A DNA stretch of 64,000 nucleotides. It comes from Alphaproteobacteria bacterium (GTDB taxonomy: Bacteria > Pseudomonadota > Alphaproteobacteria > UBA828). The position numbers and the translations under genes are program-made. Position 1 is the stretch's first letter. Each line of letters starts with the position of its first letter. The notes beneath the pieces were generated by a model. It was not told the DNA's origin. It did no database searches and saw only the letters and a list, made by a program, of their open reading frames with translations. The stretch covers positions 337,648-401,647 of the forward strand of contig OZ251509.1 of NCBI GenBank assembly GCA_965242855.1. The letters run 5' to 3'. This document shows positions 10,792 through 19,284 of this stretch, in pieces.

Positions 10792-11874
10792 TCAGGGGTG
10801 GATTTTCGGCGGCGGCGCGGCTTCGCTCTTTTCGCGTCGTCGTGTCCTGCCTCCGTCGCGCGGCAGCGGCGCGTCGACGGCGCCGTTCCACAGGATGCCG
10901 GGGCGGGGCAGTCGGTAGTAATTGGACGGGCTGGCGGGGGCGCCGGCGGGCTTCGCCGCTCCCTGCGGCGCGCGGACGAAGCGCCCGAGGGCCGCCTCGC
11001 AGTAGTCGCGCACGCGCTCGATACATATCCAACGGCGCTCCAGGCGTTCGCAGACCTCGCCGGTCACGCAACTGCCGGCGAAGGGATCGACGACGAGATC
11101 GCCGGGTTCCGTCAACATGCGGATGAAGTATTCCGGAAGTTCCGCCGGATAACGGGCAGGGTGCGGCTTGAGGCCCTTCTCCTCGCAGTAGCGCAGATAG
11201 AAGCTGTTGCTCTCCGTATTGGGAATCGCGATGAGGTTGGGTGGGATCGCGGCGCCGTTGTCCGTCTTGAATTTCTCACTGATGTCGTGGCCGGACGGGC
11301 GCTTGCTGGCCTTGTAGCCCTTGGCCAGAAGGTCCTGCATACTCGGACTGTAGGGTTGAAGGACCCGCCGGTTGCTTGCCTTCGGCCAGGGTGTCTTGGA
11401 CAGCCACCATACGGTATTCACGGCATCCTTGACGCGAATCCGGCGCACCGTGACCCACTCCGCCGGCGTCGGGAGTTTCGACGGATTCCACCAGTAAAAA
11501 TCCTGCGCCAAGTGGAATTCCAGCTCCTCGCACAGCATGATCAGGAGCTTGAAGTGATAGAGATTACGGGTGGGGGAGCCCTTGTTCCATGTGCCGCCGA
11601 TGTCGATGACCAGGCTGCCGCCGCTCTTGAGGACACGCCGGAACGCGGTGCCGAACGGCTTGAACCATTCGACGTATTCGTTCGCCGCGACGTTGCCGTA
11701 ATCCTTCTTGCGGACCAGCCCGAAGGGCGGGCTCGTCACGATCAGATCGACCGATTCGCCCGGCTGTTCCGCAAGCATATCGATACTGTCGCCATGCACG
11801 ATCTGCCCGAAGCGCGTTTCGTGAAAGCTCTTGAAGGGCAGCTTTGTTTCTCTTGTCCCACTTCCCTCCTCCAT
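10792..11874 (-). CDS. site-specific DNA methyltransferase, beta-class N4/N6 amino-MTase (motif IV 'TSPPF' precedes motif I 'DPFAGSCVTG'); start at internal M34
   Basis: 'DLIVTSPPFG' (DPPY-type motif IV, the Ser variant typical of N4C enzymes) and 'HPARYPAELPEYFIRMLTEPGDLVVDPFAGSCVTG' (AdoMet motif I). The gene body is high-GC, but the first ~45 codons (11830-11973) are low-GC. Confidence 0.8.
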   Translation of the reverse strand: MEEGSGTRETKLPFKSFHETRFGQIVHGDSIDMLAEQPGESVDLIVTSPPFGLVRKKDYGNVAANEYVEWFKPFGTAFRRVLKSGGSLVIDIGGTWNKGSPTRNLYHFKLLIMLCEELEFHLAQDFYWWNPSKLPTPAEWVTVRRIRVKDAVNTVWWLSKTPWPKASNRRVLQPYSPSMQDLLAKGYKASKRPSGHDISEKFKTDNGAAIPPNLIAIPNTESNSFYLRYCEEKGLKPHPARYPAELPEYFIRMLTEPGDLVVDPFAGSCVTGEVCERLERRWICIERVRDYCEAALGRFVRAPQGAAKPAGAPASPSNYYRLPRPGILWNGAVDAPLPRDGGRTRRREKSEAAPPPKIHP

Positions 11875-11891
11875 ATCTATAACCGCCTTCA

Positions 11892-13136
11892 CTACTTCCG
11901 ATCGATCCACCGCGCCGACACATCGAATTCGAATAGCTCTTTCTTTGAATTTCTCTTGCGGATCACGCGGCATTCAACATTTTCAAATCCAAGGCGATTC
12001 AACATCACCAGATAAAGTTTTTCCACAGACAAAAGCACATCATAAAATGTTGAATTTCCGACTATGTAGTGAAGTTCTGCATTTTCACTCAGAACGGATA
12101 CCAACGAATTGAAATGCTCCCACATGTCATCGAAATATTTGGCTACATATTTTGCCAATATCTCCCCGCTCTTGTTGTCGTGTCGTGCTATCCCTTCCAG
12201 CGCACCATCAAGCAGCGGGTGTTGGAACGGCTCTGTAGGACGTTTCCAACCGATTAACCGGCTAGTCGCCGCACCCCATGTGCCACCAATTGCTGACCAG
12301 TCCAGCTCACCGGCATCGCGTCCATTGTCCAGAAATGAAAGCCAATACATATACGGCCGCAATTCACGAATATACGACATCCGGTTCGCGTATGGCGGAG
12401 ATGTGATCACCAAGTTAAAAGGACCATCTACCGCTTCGGACAATTTTCTTGCGTCACCAAGGACCACATACCCCACTCCTTTCGGTTTCTGCTTCGCTCC
12501 TGCCACAACAAATTCCACGTTCTCGTTGAATACTCGTCTCATATCGATATTGAGTGGGATGTGCAACAGCTGATCATCCTTGAAAGACATGGACTGATGA
12601 TTGAAGGCCGCGTTTGACAACCCGATCAGTGTTCTACAAAATGCTACCAACAGAAGATTCCGTTCCGGCGCGTCCTCTATAGTTTCTGCTTCAATAGCGG
12701 CCCTTAGCGTGCACAGGAATTCCAATGCATTGGGGCACCACCACCTTTCAATATTATGAATAGGTGGCGCCTCCACCGGTATAATCGTGTTTCGTTTCAC
12801 TGCTTCGACTACCCGAGTACATGCGTCGCGAGTCGAAGCTATCGAAGCGTCGGAATATTGTGCTGTCTTCGCTTTTCCAAGCCAGATCAAAAAGGGATTA
12901 ATATCCGTCGTTACGCCTTCGTGTCCATGATAAGCCGCACTCAGTGCTGTTGTTGCCATCCCACAAAACGGGTCAAGTATGCGCAGCGGATATTTACATT
13001 GACCCATCAATTCTTCAACAACTTTCACCGAGTACGCCGGCGTCAAACGCAGCCACCCATACCGACCGGATTTCGCGTTAAACTTATGCGTGTAATCTGC
13101 CCTTTGGCGCGGTTTTTCTTTAGCAAAAATGCTCAT
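11892..13136 (-). CDS. site-specific DNA methyltransferase (alpha-like order: motif I 'DPFCGMATT' then TRD then motif IV 'ITSPPY'), low-GC
   Basis: 'RILDPFCGMATTALSAAYHGHEGVTTDINP' and 'FNLVITSPPYANRMSY'. GC is ~45%, versus ~69% in the flanks. It overlaps the downstream gene by 4 nt. Confidence 0.8.
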   Translation of the reverse strand: MSIFAKEKPRQRADYTHKFNAKSGRYGWLRLTPAYSVKVVEELMGQCKYPLRILDPFCGMATTALSAAYHGHEGVTTDINPFLIWLGKAKTAQYSDASIASTRDACTRVVEAVKRNTIIPVEAPPIHNIERWWCPNALEFLCTLRAAIEAETIEDAPERNLLLVAFCRTLIGLSNAAFNHQSMSFKDDQLLHIPLNIDMRRVFNENVEFVVAGAKQKPKGVGYVVLGDARKLSEAVDGPFNLVITSPPYANRMSYIRELRPYMYWLSFLDNGRDAGELDWSAIGGTWGAATSRLIGWKRPTEPFQHPLLDGALEGIARHDNKSGEILAKYVAKYFDDMWEHFNSLVSVLSENAELHYIVGNSTFYDVLLSVEKLYLVMLNRLGFENVECRVIRKRNSKKELFEFDVSARWIDRK

Positions 13137-13948
13137 TTCATCTCCGCGGATAGGAGGGTCGATAGAATCACCTCTATCTCCTTACACAGCGTAGATCTAT
13201 TCCGTTCGAAAAACGCCTCTAAGTCATAGAGAACGACATTTCTCATGAAGTCATAAGTTGATACAAGCGGATCATTTCTGCCAGTAATTCCGGTGATCAC
13301 AGACCATTTCTCTGCTCGGTAACGTGTAAGTACATCGCCGTCTATCTGTCCCGACAAGATTACCGCGCATGGGAAGTAACCTTTCGTATACGCTACTGCC
13401 GCGTTCGCGATGTCGGCGTTCTGCCGCTTCGAATCCTTACTTTTATAGCCCTGCCGTATTTCGAAAACCACACCTGTCAAACTTTTAAACACTTCTGGAT
13501 CAACATCTAACATTTTCGCAGAATCCTTCATCCATTTGTAAAACCGATCTTGTTTACTTTTGTTGTTAATCTTCTCAAGCGAAACTCGTCCGTCCAGATG
13601 CAGTGTCCGCATTCGTCCACTTGGCAACGGAATTTTATAGGACCAGATTACATCCTCCTCCGACAAATCAAAGGCATCTTTTAATATCTTTTGAAACAAC
13701 CTCTCACAGCCAATCCCGATCTGCCGATATACGCTTGTCATGCCGCCAGCCGCTTTGTGAGCAGCGTACATCATCGGATTGTCTAAGCCGAACCAACTGT
13801 AAAACACGTCTCTCCGATAAAGATCTTGGAACTGCGCAAGCGTTAGTCCGCCGCCTTTTGCGCCCTGGCCAAACTTCGGTTTATAGTGCGCACAGACCCT
13901 GATCGCATCCAGGATGATCTGTAGGTATTCCTCGTCAGTTGCACTCAT
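13133..13948 (-). CDS. putative type II restriction endonuclease (cognate to the adjacent methyltransferases); no family recognised
   Basis: 271-aa low-GC protein co-directional and translationally coupled (ATGA overlap) with the alpha-class MTase. Candidate catalytic residues are 'HLDGR...VVFEIRQGYKSK'. The call rests on context only. Confidence 0.4.
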   Translation of the reverse strand: MSATDEEYLQIILDAIRVCAHYKPKFGQGAKGGGLTLAQFQDLYRRDVFYSWFGLDNPMMYAAHKAAGGMTSVYRQIGIGCERLFQKILKDAFDLSEEDVIWSYKIPLPSGRMRTLHLDGRVSLEKINNKSKQDRFYKWMKDSAKMLDVDPEVFKSLTGVVFEIRQGYKSKDSKRQNADIANAAVAYTKGYFPCAVILSGQIDGDVLTRYRAEKWSVITGITGRNDPLVSTYDFMRNVVLYDLEAFFERNRSTLCKEIEVILSTLLSAEMK

Positions 13949-14003
13949 ACTGTTCTCTTTTCTCCATTGTGAACAGAGTCTTTAAAAATAACCAGCTGGA
14001 GAT

Positions 14004-14837
14004 CTATTCATGGTTGTTCTCATCAATTTTCACTCTAGCTGTCGTAAGGATGCTCTCTTTCACACTCTTATAGTGACTGTTCTTCATCGTCACGGTCTCC
14101 GCGTGGAAGCTGTGTCGGCGGACGAGCACGACGATCTCGTCCGAGTAGTCATAGGTCATCATGAAATTGACGCCGCTCTCCGCGAGCGTGGAGAACAGCG
14201 CGGCGTGATCGACCGTGTGGTGGGCATAGAGCCGTGCGCCGGCGCGCTTGCCGCCGCCCGCCGTGTAGGGGGGATCGATGAAGAAGCGGGCGCCCGCGTC
14301 ATCCCCCGCCATGTCGCGCAGCTCCCTCACCCCGTCGCCCTCCCGGAACGTGATCTGGTCGGCGTGCTGCTGTATCGCGCGCAACCGCTCGATGAGCGTG
14401 TCGGGATACCAGCGGGACGCGACGCCGTTGCCGTTCTCGCCCCGCTTGATCAGCGCCGCGCCGGGGGCCAGCACGCCGCCGCGCCGCGTCCGGTTCAGAA
14501 CCAGTGTGCGGAAGCCGCGTTCGATGGTGTCGGCCGGCGCCTGGTTCGCCATCCGCTCCACCGCCTCCCGTGTGGGCGTGAAATCGCGGACGCGGGCCAT
14601 GAGCGCGTCGCCGTACTTCAGGGCCGCGAACCAGAAGGCGGCCACGTCGGGGTCCCGCTCGACCATGATCGCGCGTTTGGCCAGCCCCTCCATGACCGCC
14701 GTGAGGGACACGACAGCGCCGCCGGCGAACGGCTCCACGATCAGCTGGTGTGGCGCGCCCGTGGCCAGCCATGCGCGGACGTGCGGGATCAGCCACGTCT
14801 TGCCGCCTGGATAGCGTAAGGGGCTGCGCTGCGGCAC
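14004..14837 (-). CDS. Dam-family (D12 class, alpha) N6-adenine DNA methyltransferase. The likely start is GTG at 14835-14837, and upstream ORF sequence to 15086 is probably not translated
   Basis: 'PLRYPGGKTWLIPHV' (Dam motif), 'IVEPFAGGAVVSL' (motif I) and 'FFIDPPYTAGG' (motif IV DPPY). The body is high-GC, but the last ~35 codons (14004-14110) are low-GC. Confidence 0.75.
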   Translation of the reverse strand: MPQRSPLRYPGGKTWLIPHVRAWLATGAPHQLIVEPFAGGAVVSLTAVMEGLAKRAIMVERDPDVAAFWFAALKYGDALMARVRDFTPTREAVERMANQAPADTIERGFRTLVLNRTRRGGVLAPGAALIKRGENGNGVASRWYPDTLIERLRAIQQHADQITFREGDGVRELRDMAGDDAGARFFIDPPYTAGGGKRAGARLYAHHTVDHAALFSTLAESGVNFMMTYDYSDEIVVLVRRHSFHAETVTMKNSHYKSVKESILTTARVKIDENNHE

Positions 14838-14945
14838 CGTAGCGACGTTGGCAGCGGGGATCGGGGAGATGGGGAATTCGGTGGTATCTCGCTTGGGGGC
14901 ACGGATGCCTCGTGGAGCGTCAACCGATTCGTACTCCGCCTCGCG

Positions 14946-14987
14946 CACGCTCCGCTCCCTGCCCCGCACGCTCCGCTCCCCGCCCCG
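14946..14987. repeat. 2 x 21-bp near-perfect tandem direct repeat (gcacgctccgctccc[t/c]gcccc) in the divergent intergenic region between the Dam-family MTase and the acyl-CoA synthetase
   Basis: Read directly: 14946-14966 and 14967-14987 differ at one position. Confidence 0.6.
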
Positions 14988-15072
14988 TCGAATCCACCAC
15001 AGGATAGCACGGCGGCCACGATTGAAGAGCCGCCGGGCGGACGGCATGATCGGACCGCGCGGGGAGGCGCCC

Positions 15073-16710
15073 ATGCACGCGACCATGATGGACTATCCGC
15101 TCACCCTCACCCACCTCCTGGAGAGGGCCGGCACGCTGCTGCGCGACGGCGAGATCGTCACGCGCCTGCCCGACCGATCGACGCACCTCTATCGCTTCGG
15201 AGACTTCGCCCGGCGCGCCCGCAGGCTCGCCTCGGCGCTGCGGCGGGCCGGGCTCCGGCGCGGCGAGCCGGTGGCCACCATGATGTGGAACACCCATCCC
15301 CACCTCGAGGCCTATTTCGGCATCCCCTGCGCCGGCGGCGTGCTGCATACGCTCAACTTCCGTCTCCACCCGCGCGACATCGCCTATGTCGCGAACCACG
15401 CCGGGGACCGGTTCTTCATCGTGGACGACACGCTCCTGCCGGCGTTCGAGGAGATCAGGCCGCACATCGCGCCCGAGCGGGTCTTCGTGACGGCGCTCTC
15501 CGGTGCCCCGGTGCCGGACGGCTACGAGAGCTACGAAGCCCTGCTCGCCTCCGGCGCCCCGGAGGACGATCCGCCCCGGCTGGAGGAGACGGAACCCTGC
15601 GGCGTCTGCTACACCTCCGGCACCACCGGCCGGCCCAAGGGCGTGGTCTATTCCCACCGCGCCATGGTGCTGCACACCTTCGCGCTCTGCATGACCGAGC
15701 CCTTCGGCATCCGCCAGCGGGACCGCGTCATGCCGGTGGTGCCCATGTTCCATGCAAACGCCTGGGGGCTGGCCCACGCCGTCGCCATGGCCGGCGCGCG
15801 CTGCGTCCTGCCCGGGCCCCATCTCGACCCGGCGAGCCTGCTCGACCTCTGCGCGGCCGAGCGGGTGACCCTGGCGGCCGGCGTGCCCACGATCTGGAAC
15901 GGGGTCCTCCAGGCGCTGGACGCGGAGCCCGGCAGGTGGAGCCTGGACCCGGCCTTGCGCACGGTGGTCGGCGGCTCGGCGGCGAGCGAAGCGATGATCC
16001 GCGGCTTCGACAGGCACGGCATCCGCACCATCCATGCCTGGGGCATGACGGAGATGACCCCGATCGGCACGGCCTCCGTTCTCAAGGCGTCGATGGACGA
16101 TCTCGATCGGGACACGCAGTACGCATATCGGGCGAAGCAGGGGCCGGCCATGCCCTTCGTCGAGATGCGGCTGGTCAACGACGCCGGCGTCGCGCCGTGG
16201 GACGGCGAGACCATGGGCGAATTGCAGGTGCGCGGGCCGTGGGTCGCCGCCGGCTACTACCGCCCGGACGAGCCGGGCGACCGCTGGACCGACGACGGCT
16301 GGTTCGGCACCGGCGACGTCGCCACGGTCGACTCCGAAGGGTTCATGAAGATCACCGACCGCACCAAGGACCTGATCAAATCCGGCGGCGAGTGGATCAG
16401 CTCGGTCGATCTCGAGAACGCGCTGATGGGCCATCCCGCCGTCCGCGAGGCGGCGGTGATCGGAGCGCGCCACGAGAAGTGGGACGAACGCCCGCTCGCC
16501 GTCGTCGCCCTGATGGAGGGTGCGGCGGCCGACGCGGGCGCGCTCCACGCCCATCTCGCGGAGCGGTTCGCCAAATGGTGGCTCCCCGACGACTACGTCT
16601 TCGTCGACGAGATCCCGCGCAATTCCACCGGCAAGTTCCTCAAATCCGCCCTCCGCGAACGCTACGGAGAGCGGCCCTGGCCGAGGGCCGCCGCCGCGCA
16701 AGCGCCGTAG
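15073..16710 (+). CDS. AMP-dependent synthetase/ligase (fatty-acid--CoA ligase family)
   Basis: ATG at 15073 ('[12 protein letters not shown]') is preceded by GGGGAGG. AMP-binding motifs are '[12 protein letters not shown]', 'GWFGTGD' and 'KSGGEWISS'. The N-terminal 75 aa of ORF 14848..16710 are artefact. Confidence 0.85.
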   Translation: MHATMMDYPLTLTHLLERAGTLLRDGEIVTRLPDRSTHLYRFGDFARRARRLASALRRAGLRRGEPVATMMWNTHPHLEAYFGIPCAGGVLHTLNFRLHPRDIAYVANHAGDRFFIVDDTLLPAFEEIRPHIAPERVFVTALSGAPVPDGYESYEALLASGAPEDDPPRLEETEPCGVCYTSGTTGRPKGVVYSHRAMVLHTFALCMTEPFGIRQRDRVMPVVPMFHANAWGLAHAVAMAGARCVLPGPHLDPASLLDLCAAERVTLAAGVPTIWNGVLQALDAEPGRWSLDPALRTVVGGSAASEAMIRGFDRHGIRTIHAWGMTEMTPIGTASVLKASMDDLDRDTQYAYRAKQGPAMPFVEMRLVNDAGVAPWDGETMGELQVRGPWVAAGYYRPDEPGDRWTDDGWFGTGDVATVDSEGFMKITDRTKDLIKSGGEWISSVDLENALMGHPAVREAAVIGARHEKWDERPLAVVALMEGAAADAGALHAHLAERFAKWWLPDDYVFVDEIPRNSTGKFLKSALRERYGERPWPRAAAAQAP

Positions 16711-16844
16711 CCGCGCTTTCGCGCGAGGCGAGCCGGGAGGCCCGCGCGCCAAGGGCAGCGCCGGCCCTTGCCGGGGGCATGAGCGGCGGGGCACCCTGTC
16801 GAAGGCACCCGGAATCATGCGGCGGCGCGACAAGGCGGACGGAC

Positions 16845-17789
16845 ATGAAGGAACTCGGACGTTTTTGCGCCACGGCCGGGCTGGTTATGCTTGTGCTTAC
16901 CGCGTGCGCGGCAGACCTCACGCCTTTGCACAAAGCGGCCGTATCGGGCGACATCGAAGCGGTTCGCTCTCTGCTCGCGGGCGGTGCGAATGTCAACGCG
17001 CGTGCCGAGGACAAGGTCACGCCACTGCACTTCGCGGCGATGATCAGCGACGCCGCGACGGTCCGCGCCCTGATCGAGGACGGTGCGATCGTCAACGCGC
17101 GCGCCAAGGGCAAGTTCACGCCACTGCACGGTGCAGCGCAGGCTGGCAACGCCGCGACGGTCCGCGTTCTGCTCGCGGGCGGTGCGGACGTCAATGCGCC
17201 CGCCGAAGGCAAGCTCACGCCCCTGCATTATGCAACAGCGGCAGGGATATATCTCGCGCTCAAGGGCGTCGACGTGGAAAAGGCCGAGGTTCACGAAGTG
17301 ATGACGCGCATTGAAGAAATACCCGGGTCCAACTCTCTCAATACTCTCGATCTAAGCGAGATGGCCGCCATGGCGAATCTGATCGGCACCGTTCACCGGG
17401 CAGCAACGATCCGCGCTTTGCTTGCGGGTGGCGCGGACGTCAATGCGCGTGCCAAGCACAAACTCACGCCCCTGCACCTCGCGGCGACGTACGACGACAT
17501 CGTGGCGGTCCGCGCCCTGATCGAGGGTGGCGCGAACGTTAATGCGCGCGCCGAAGGCAAGGCCACGCCCCTGCATGTCGCGGCGCTCTTCGGCAACGCC
17601 GGGGCGATCGAGGCCCTGCTTGAGGCGGGCGGCAACCCGAACGCGGTGGCCTTCGGCTGCGGGCCGATGGATGTGGCCCGGCTTCGCATGAAAGCGACCG
17701 AGAGGTCCATCGCGCCGTTTCGGGAGGCCGTCGAGCGATTGCTCGCGGCAGGCGCCCAACCCCGGAATGGGTGCAAGAAGCTCCCCTGA
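16845..17789 (+). CDS. ankyrin-repeat lipoprotein (signal peptide with lipobox 'LTAC'); about 6 ANK repeats with an atypical lower-GC insertion between repeats 4 and 5
   Basis: 'MKELGRFCATAGLVMLVLTAC' is followed by repeated 'TPLH.AA..G....V..LL..GA.VNA'. The ORF 15285..17789 upstream of 16845 is high-GC read-through. Confidence 0.75.
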   Translation: MKELGRFCATAGLVMLVLTACAADLTPLHKAAVSGDIEAVRSLLAGGANVNARAEDKVTPLHFAAMISDAATVRALIEDGAIVNARAKGKFTPLHGAAQAGNAATVRVLLAGGADVNAPAEGKLTPLHYATAAGIYLALKGVDVEKAEVHEVMTRIEEIPGSNSLNTLDLSEMAAMANLIGTVHRAATIRALLAGGADVNARAKHKLTPLHLAATYDDIVAVRALIEGGANVNARAEGKATPLHVAALFGNAGAIEALLEAGGNPNAVAFGCGPMDVARLRMKATERSIAPFREAVERLLAAGAQPRNGCKKLP

Positions 17790-17849
17790 AGACGCCCGCT
17801 TCGAGAAGGAGCGCGTCGGGCGGAACCGGGTTGGGGCGGCAGGCGCGGC

Positions 17850-18113
17850 CTAGAAGGCGCCGAAGAGGCGGGCGGCCATGGCGAGGGTAAGCGCCGCCAG
17901 GAAGCCGAGAACCCATTTGATGTTGGTGATCTCGGTCTTGAGGTCACGGACGTCCGCCTTGAGGTCGCGGACATCCGCCTTGGTCGCGACGCCTTCCGTG
18001 ACCGCGTCGCGCACGGCCTCGGCATGGGCTTCGGCCTGAGCTTCGTCGACTCCGGCGGCCTTGAGCTTGCGCGCATAGGCCAGAGTATCGAAGGCTGGCA
18101 CGGTCGTGGCCAT
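17850..18113 (-). CDS. DUF1640-like small membrane-anchored coiled-coil protein
   Basis: 87 aa with a duplicated 'ADVRDLK' heptad and a C-terminal hydrophobic helix 'WVLGFLAALTLAMAARLFGAF'. Confidence 0.45.
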   Translation of the reverse strand: MATTVPAFDTLAYARKLKAAGVDEAQAEAHAEAVRDAVTEGVATKADVRDLKADVRDLKTEITNIKWVLGFLAALTLAMAARLFGAF

Positions 18114-18228
18114 GCGCCGAGGCTATGCCGGGGCGGCGGCGGGCGCAAGCGCTCCGGTGCGCGCACCCTTGCCGGGAGGAGGGGCGGGCGCATAATCGGC
18201 GCGCCGGCGGCAGCGGGGGAAGGAGGCC

Positions 18229-19284
18229 ATGGCGCGTTATCGGATCGCGGCGATTCCGGGGGACGGCATCGGCAACGAGGTCCTGCCCGAGGCGATGCGC
18301 GTTCTGGAGGCCGCGGGGCGGCGCTTCGACATCGCGTTCGACTGGGAACATTTCGGCTGGAGCTGCGAGGCCTACGGCAAGACCGGCCGGATGATGCCGG
18401 AAGACGGAATCGAGACGCTGCGCGGGTTCGACGCGATCCTGCTCGGCGCCGTCGGATTCCCCGGCGTCCCGGATCACGTGTCGCTCTGGGGCCTGCTGAT
18501 CCCGCTGCGCCGAACCTTTCGGCAATACGTCAACCTGCGCCCGATCAAGCTCCTCGAAGGCGTCGCCTCGCCGCTGGCCGGGCGCGCCCCCGGCGACATC
18601 GACTTCTGCATCGTCCGCGAGAACAACGAAGGTGAATATTCGGAAATGGGGGGGCGCATCTACGCCGGCACCGAGCAGGAGGCCGTGGTGCAGGAAAGCG
18701 TGTTCACCCGCCAAGGCGTCGACAGGGTGATGGACTACGCCTTCGCGCTGGCGCGGCGGCGGAAGCGGCGGGTCGTCTCGGCCACCAAGTCGAACGGCAT
18801 CATCCACACCATGCCCTATTGGGACGAGCGCTTCGCCGCCGCCGCCGCGCGGCACGCGGACGTCGAGACCGACCAGTTCCACATCGACATCCTGAGCGCC
18901 CATTTCGTGCAGCATCCGGACTGGTTCGACGTGGTGGTCGGCAGCAACCTGTTCGGCGACATCCTCTCCGATCTCGGCGCGGCCGTGGCGGGGGGCATGG
19001 GCCTCGCGCCGGCCGCCAACATCAACCCGGAGCGCGATCATCCCTCGATGTTCGAGCCCGTGCACGGCTCGGCGCCCGACATCGCCGGGCGCGGCGTCGC
19101 CAACCCGGTGGCGATGATCTGGACCGGCGCGATGATGGTGGACCATCTCGGCCACGCAGACGCGGCGCGGGCCATCGAAGGCGCCATCCAGGCCGTGCTG
19201 GCCGGCGGCGGGCCACTCACCCCCGACCTGGGCGGCACGGCTTCGACCGAATCCGTGGGCCGAGCCATCGCGGAGGCATTATGA
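18229..19284 (+). CDS. tartrate dehydrogenase/decarboxylase / D-malate dehydrogenase (isopropylmalate/isocitrate dehydrogenase family, TtuC-like)
   Basis: 'IAAIPGDGIGNEV', 'NLRPIK', 'VRENNEGEY' and 'GSAPDIAGRGVANPVA' are IMDH-family motifs. Overall similarity fits the TtuC subgroup. Confidence 0.75.
   Translation: MARYRIAAIPGDGIGNEVLPEAMRVLEAAGRRFDIAFDWEHFGWSCEAYGKTGRMMPEDGIETLRGFDAILLGAVGFPGVPDHVSLWGLLIPLRRTFRQYVNLRPIKLLEGVASPLAGRAPGDIDFCIVRENNEGEYSEMGGRIYAGTEQEAVVQESVFTRQGVDRVMDYAFALARRRKRRVVSATKSNGIIHTMPYWDERFAAAAARHADVETDQFHIDILSAHFVQHPDWFDVVVGSNLFGDILSDLGAAVAGGMGLAPAANINPERDHPSMFEPVHGSAPDIAGRGVANPVAMIWTGAMMVDHLGHADAARAIEGAIQAVLAGGGPLTPDLGGTASTESVGRAIAEAL

Larger units (their letters stand above)
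11830..14110. other. low-GC (~45%) cassette within the R-M locus (alpha-class MTase + putative REase); its edges fall inside the flanking high-GC MTase genes
   Basis: An abrupt GC drop from ~69% to ~45% at about 11830 and a return at about 14110, judged by eye. Confidence 0.6.

Noticed and set aside
11831-13902. Plus-strand small ORFs (11831..12112, 12069..12257, 12109..12573, 12756..13229, 13603..13902) inside the low-GC cassette
   Set aside because: They lie antisense to the MTase and REase genes. AT-rich DNA yields hydrophobic spurious ORFs with no RBS and no motifs.
14838-15086. N-terminal 83 codons of the Dam-family MTase ORF (MVACMG...ERSVRGRERSVR...)
   Set aside because: It overlaps the divergent acyl-CoA synthetase start, is R-rich and low complexity, and partly encodes the 21-bp tandem repeat. 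The conserved Dam N-terminus (RYPGGK) begins 6 codons after an in-frame GTG at 14837.
15285-16844. N-terminal 520 aa of the 834-aa ORF preceding the ankyrin protein
   Set aside because: It overlaps the acyl-CoA synthetase in another frame with an R/G-rich translation. The real ankyrin gene starts at ATG 16845 with a signal peptide.
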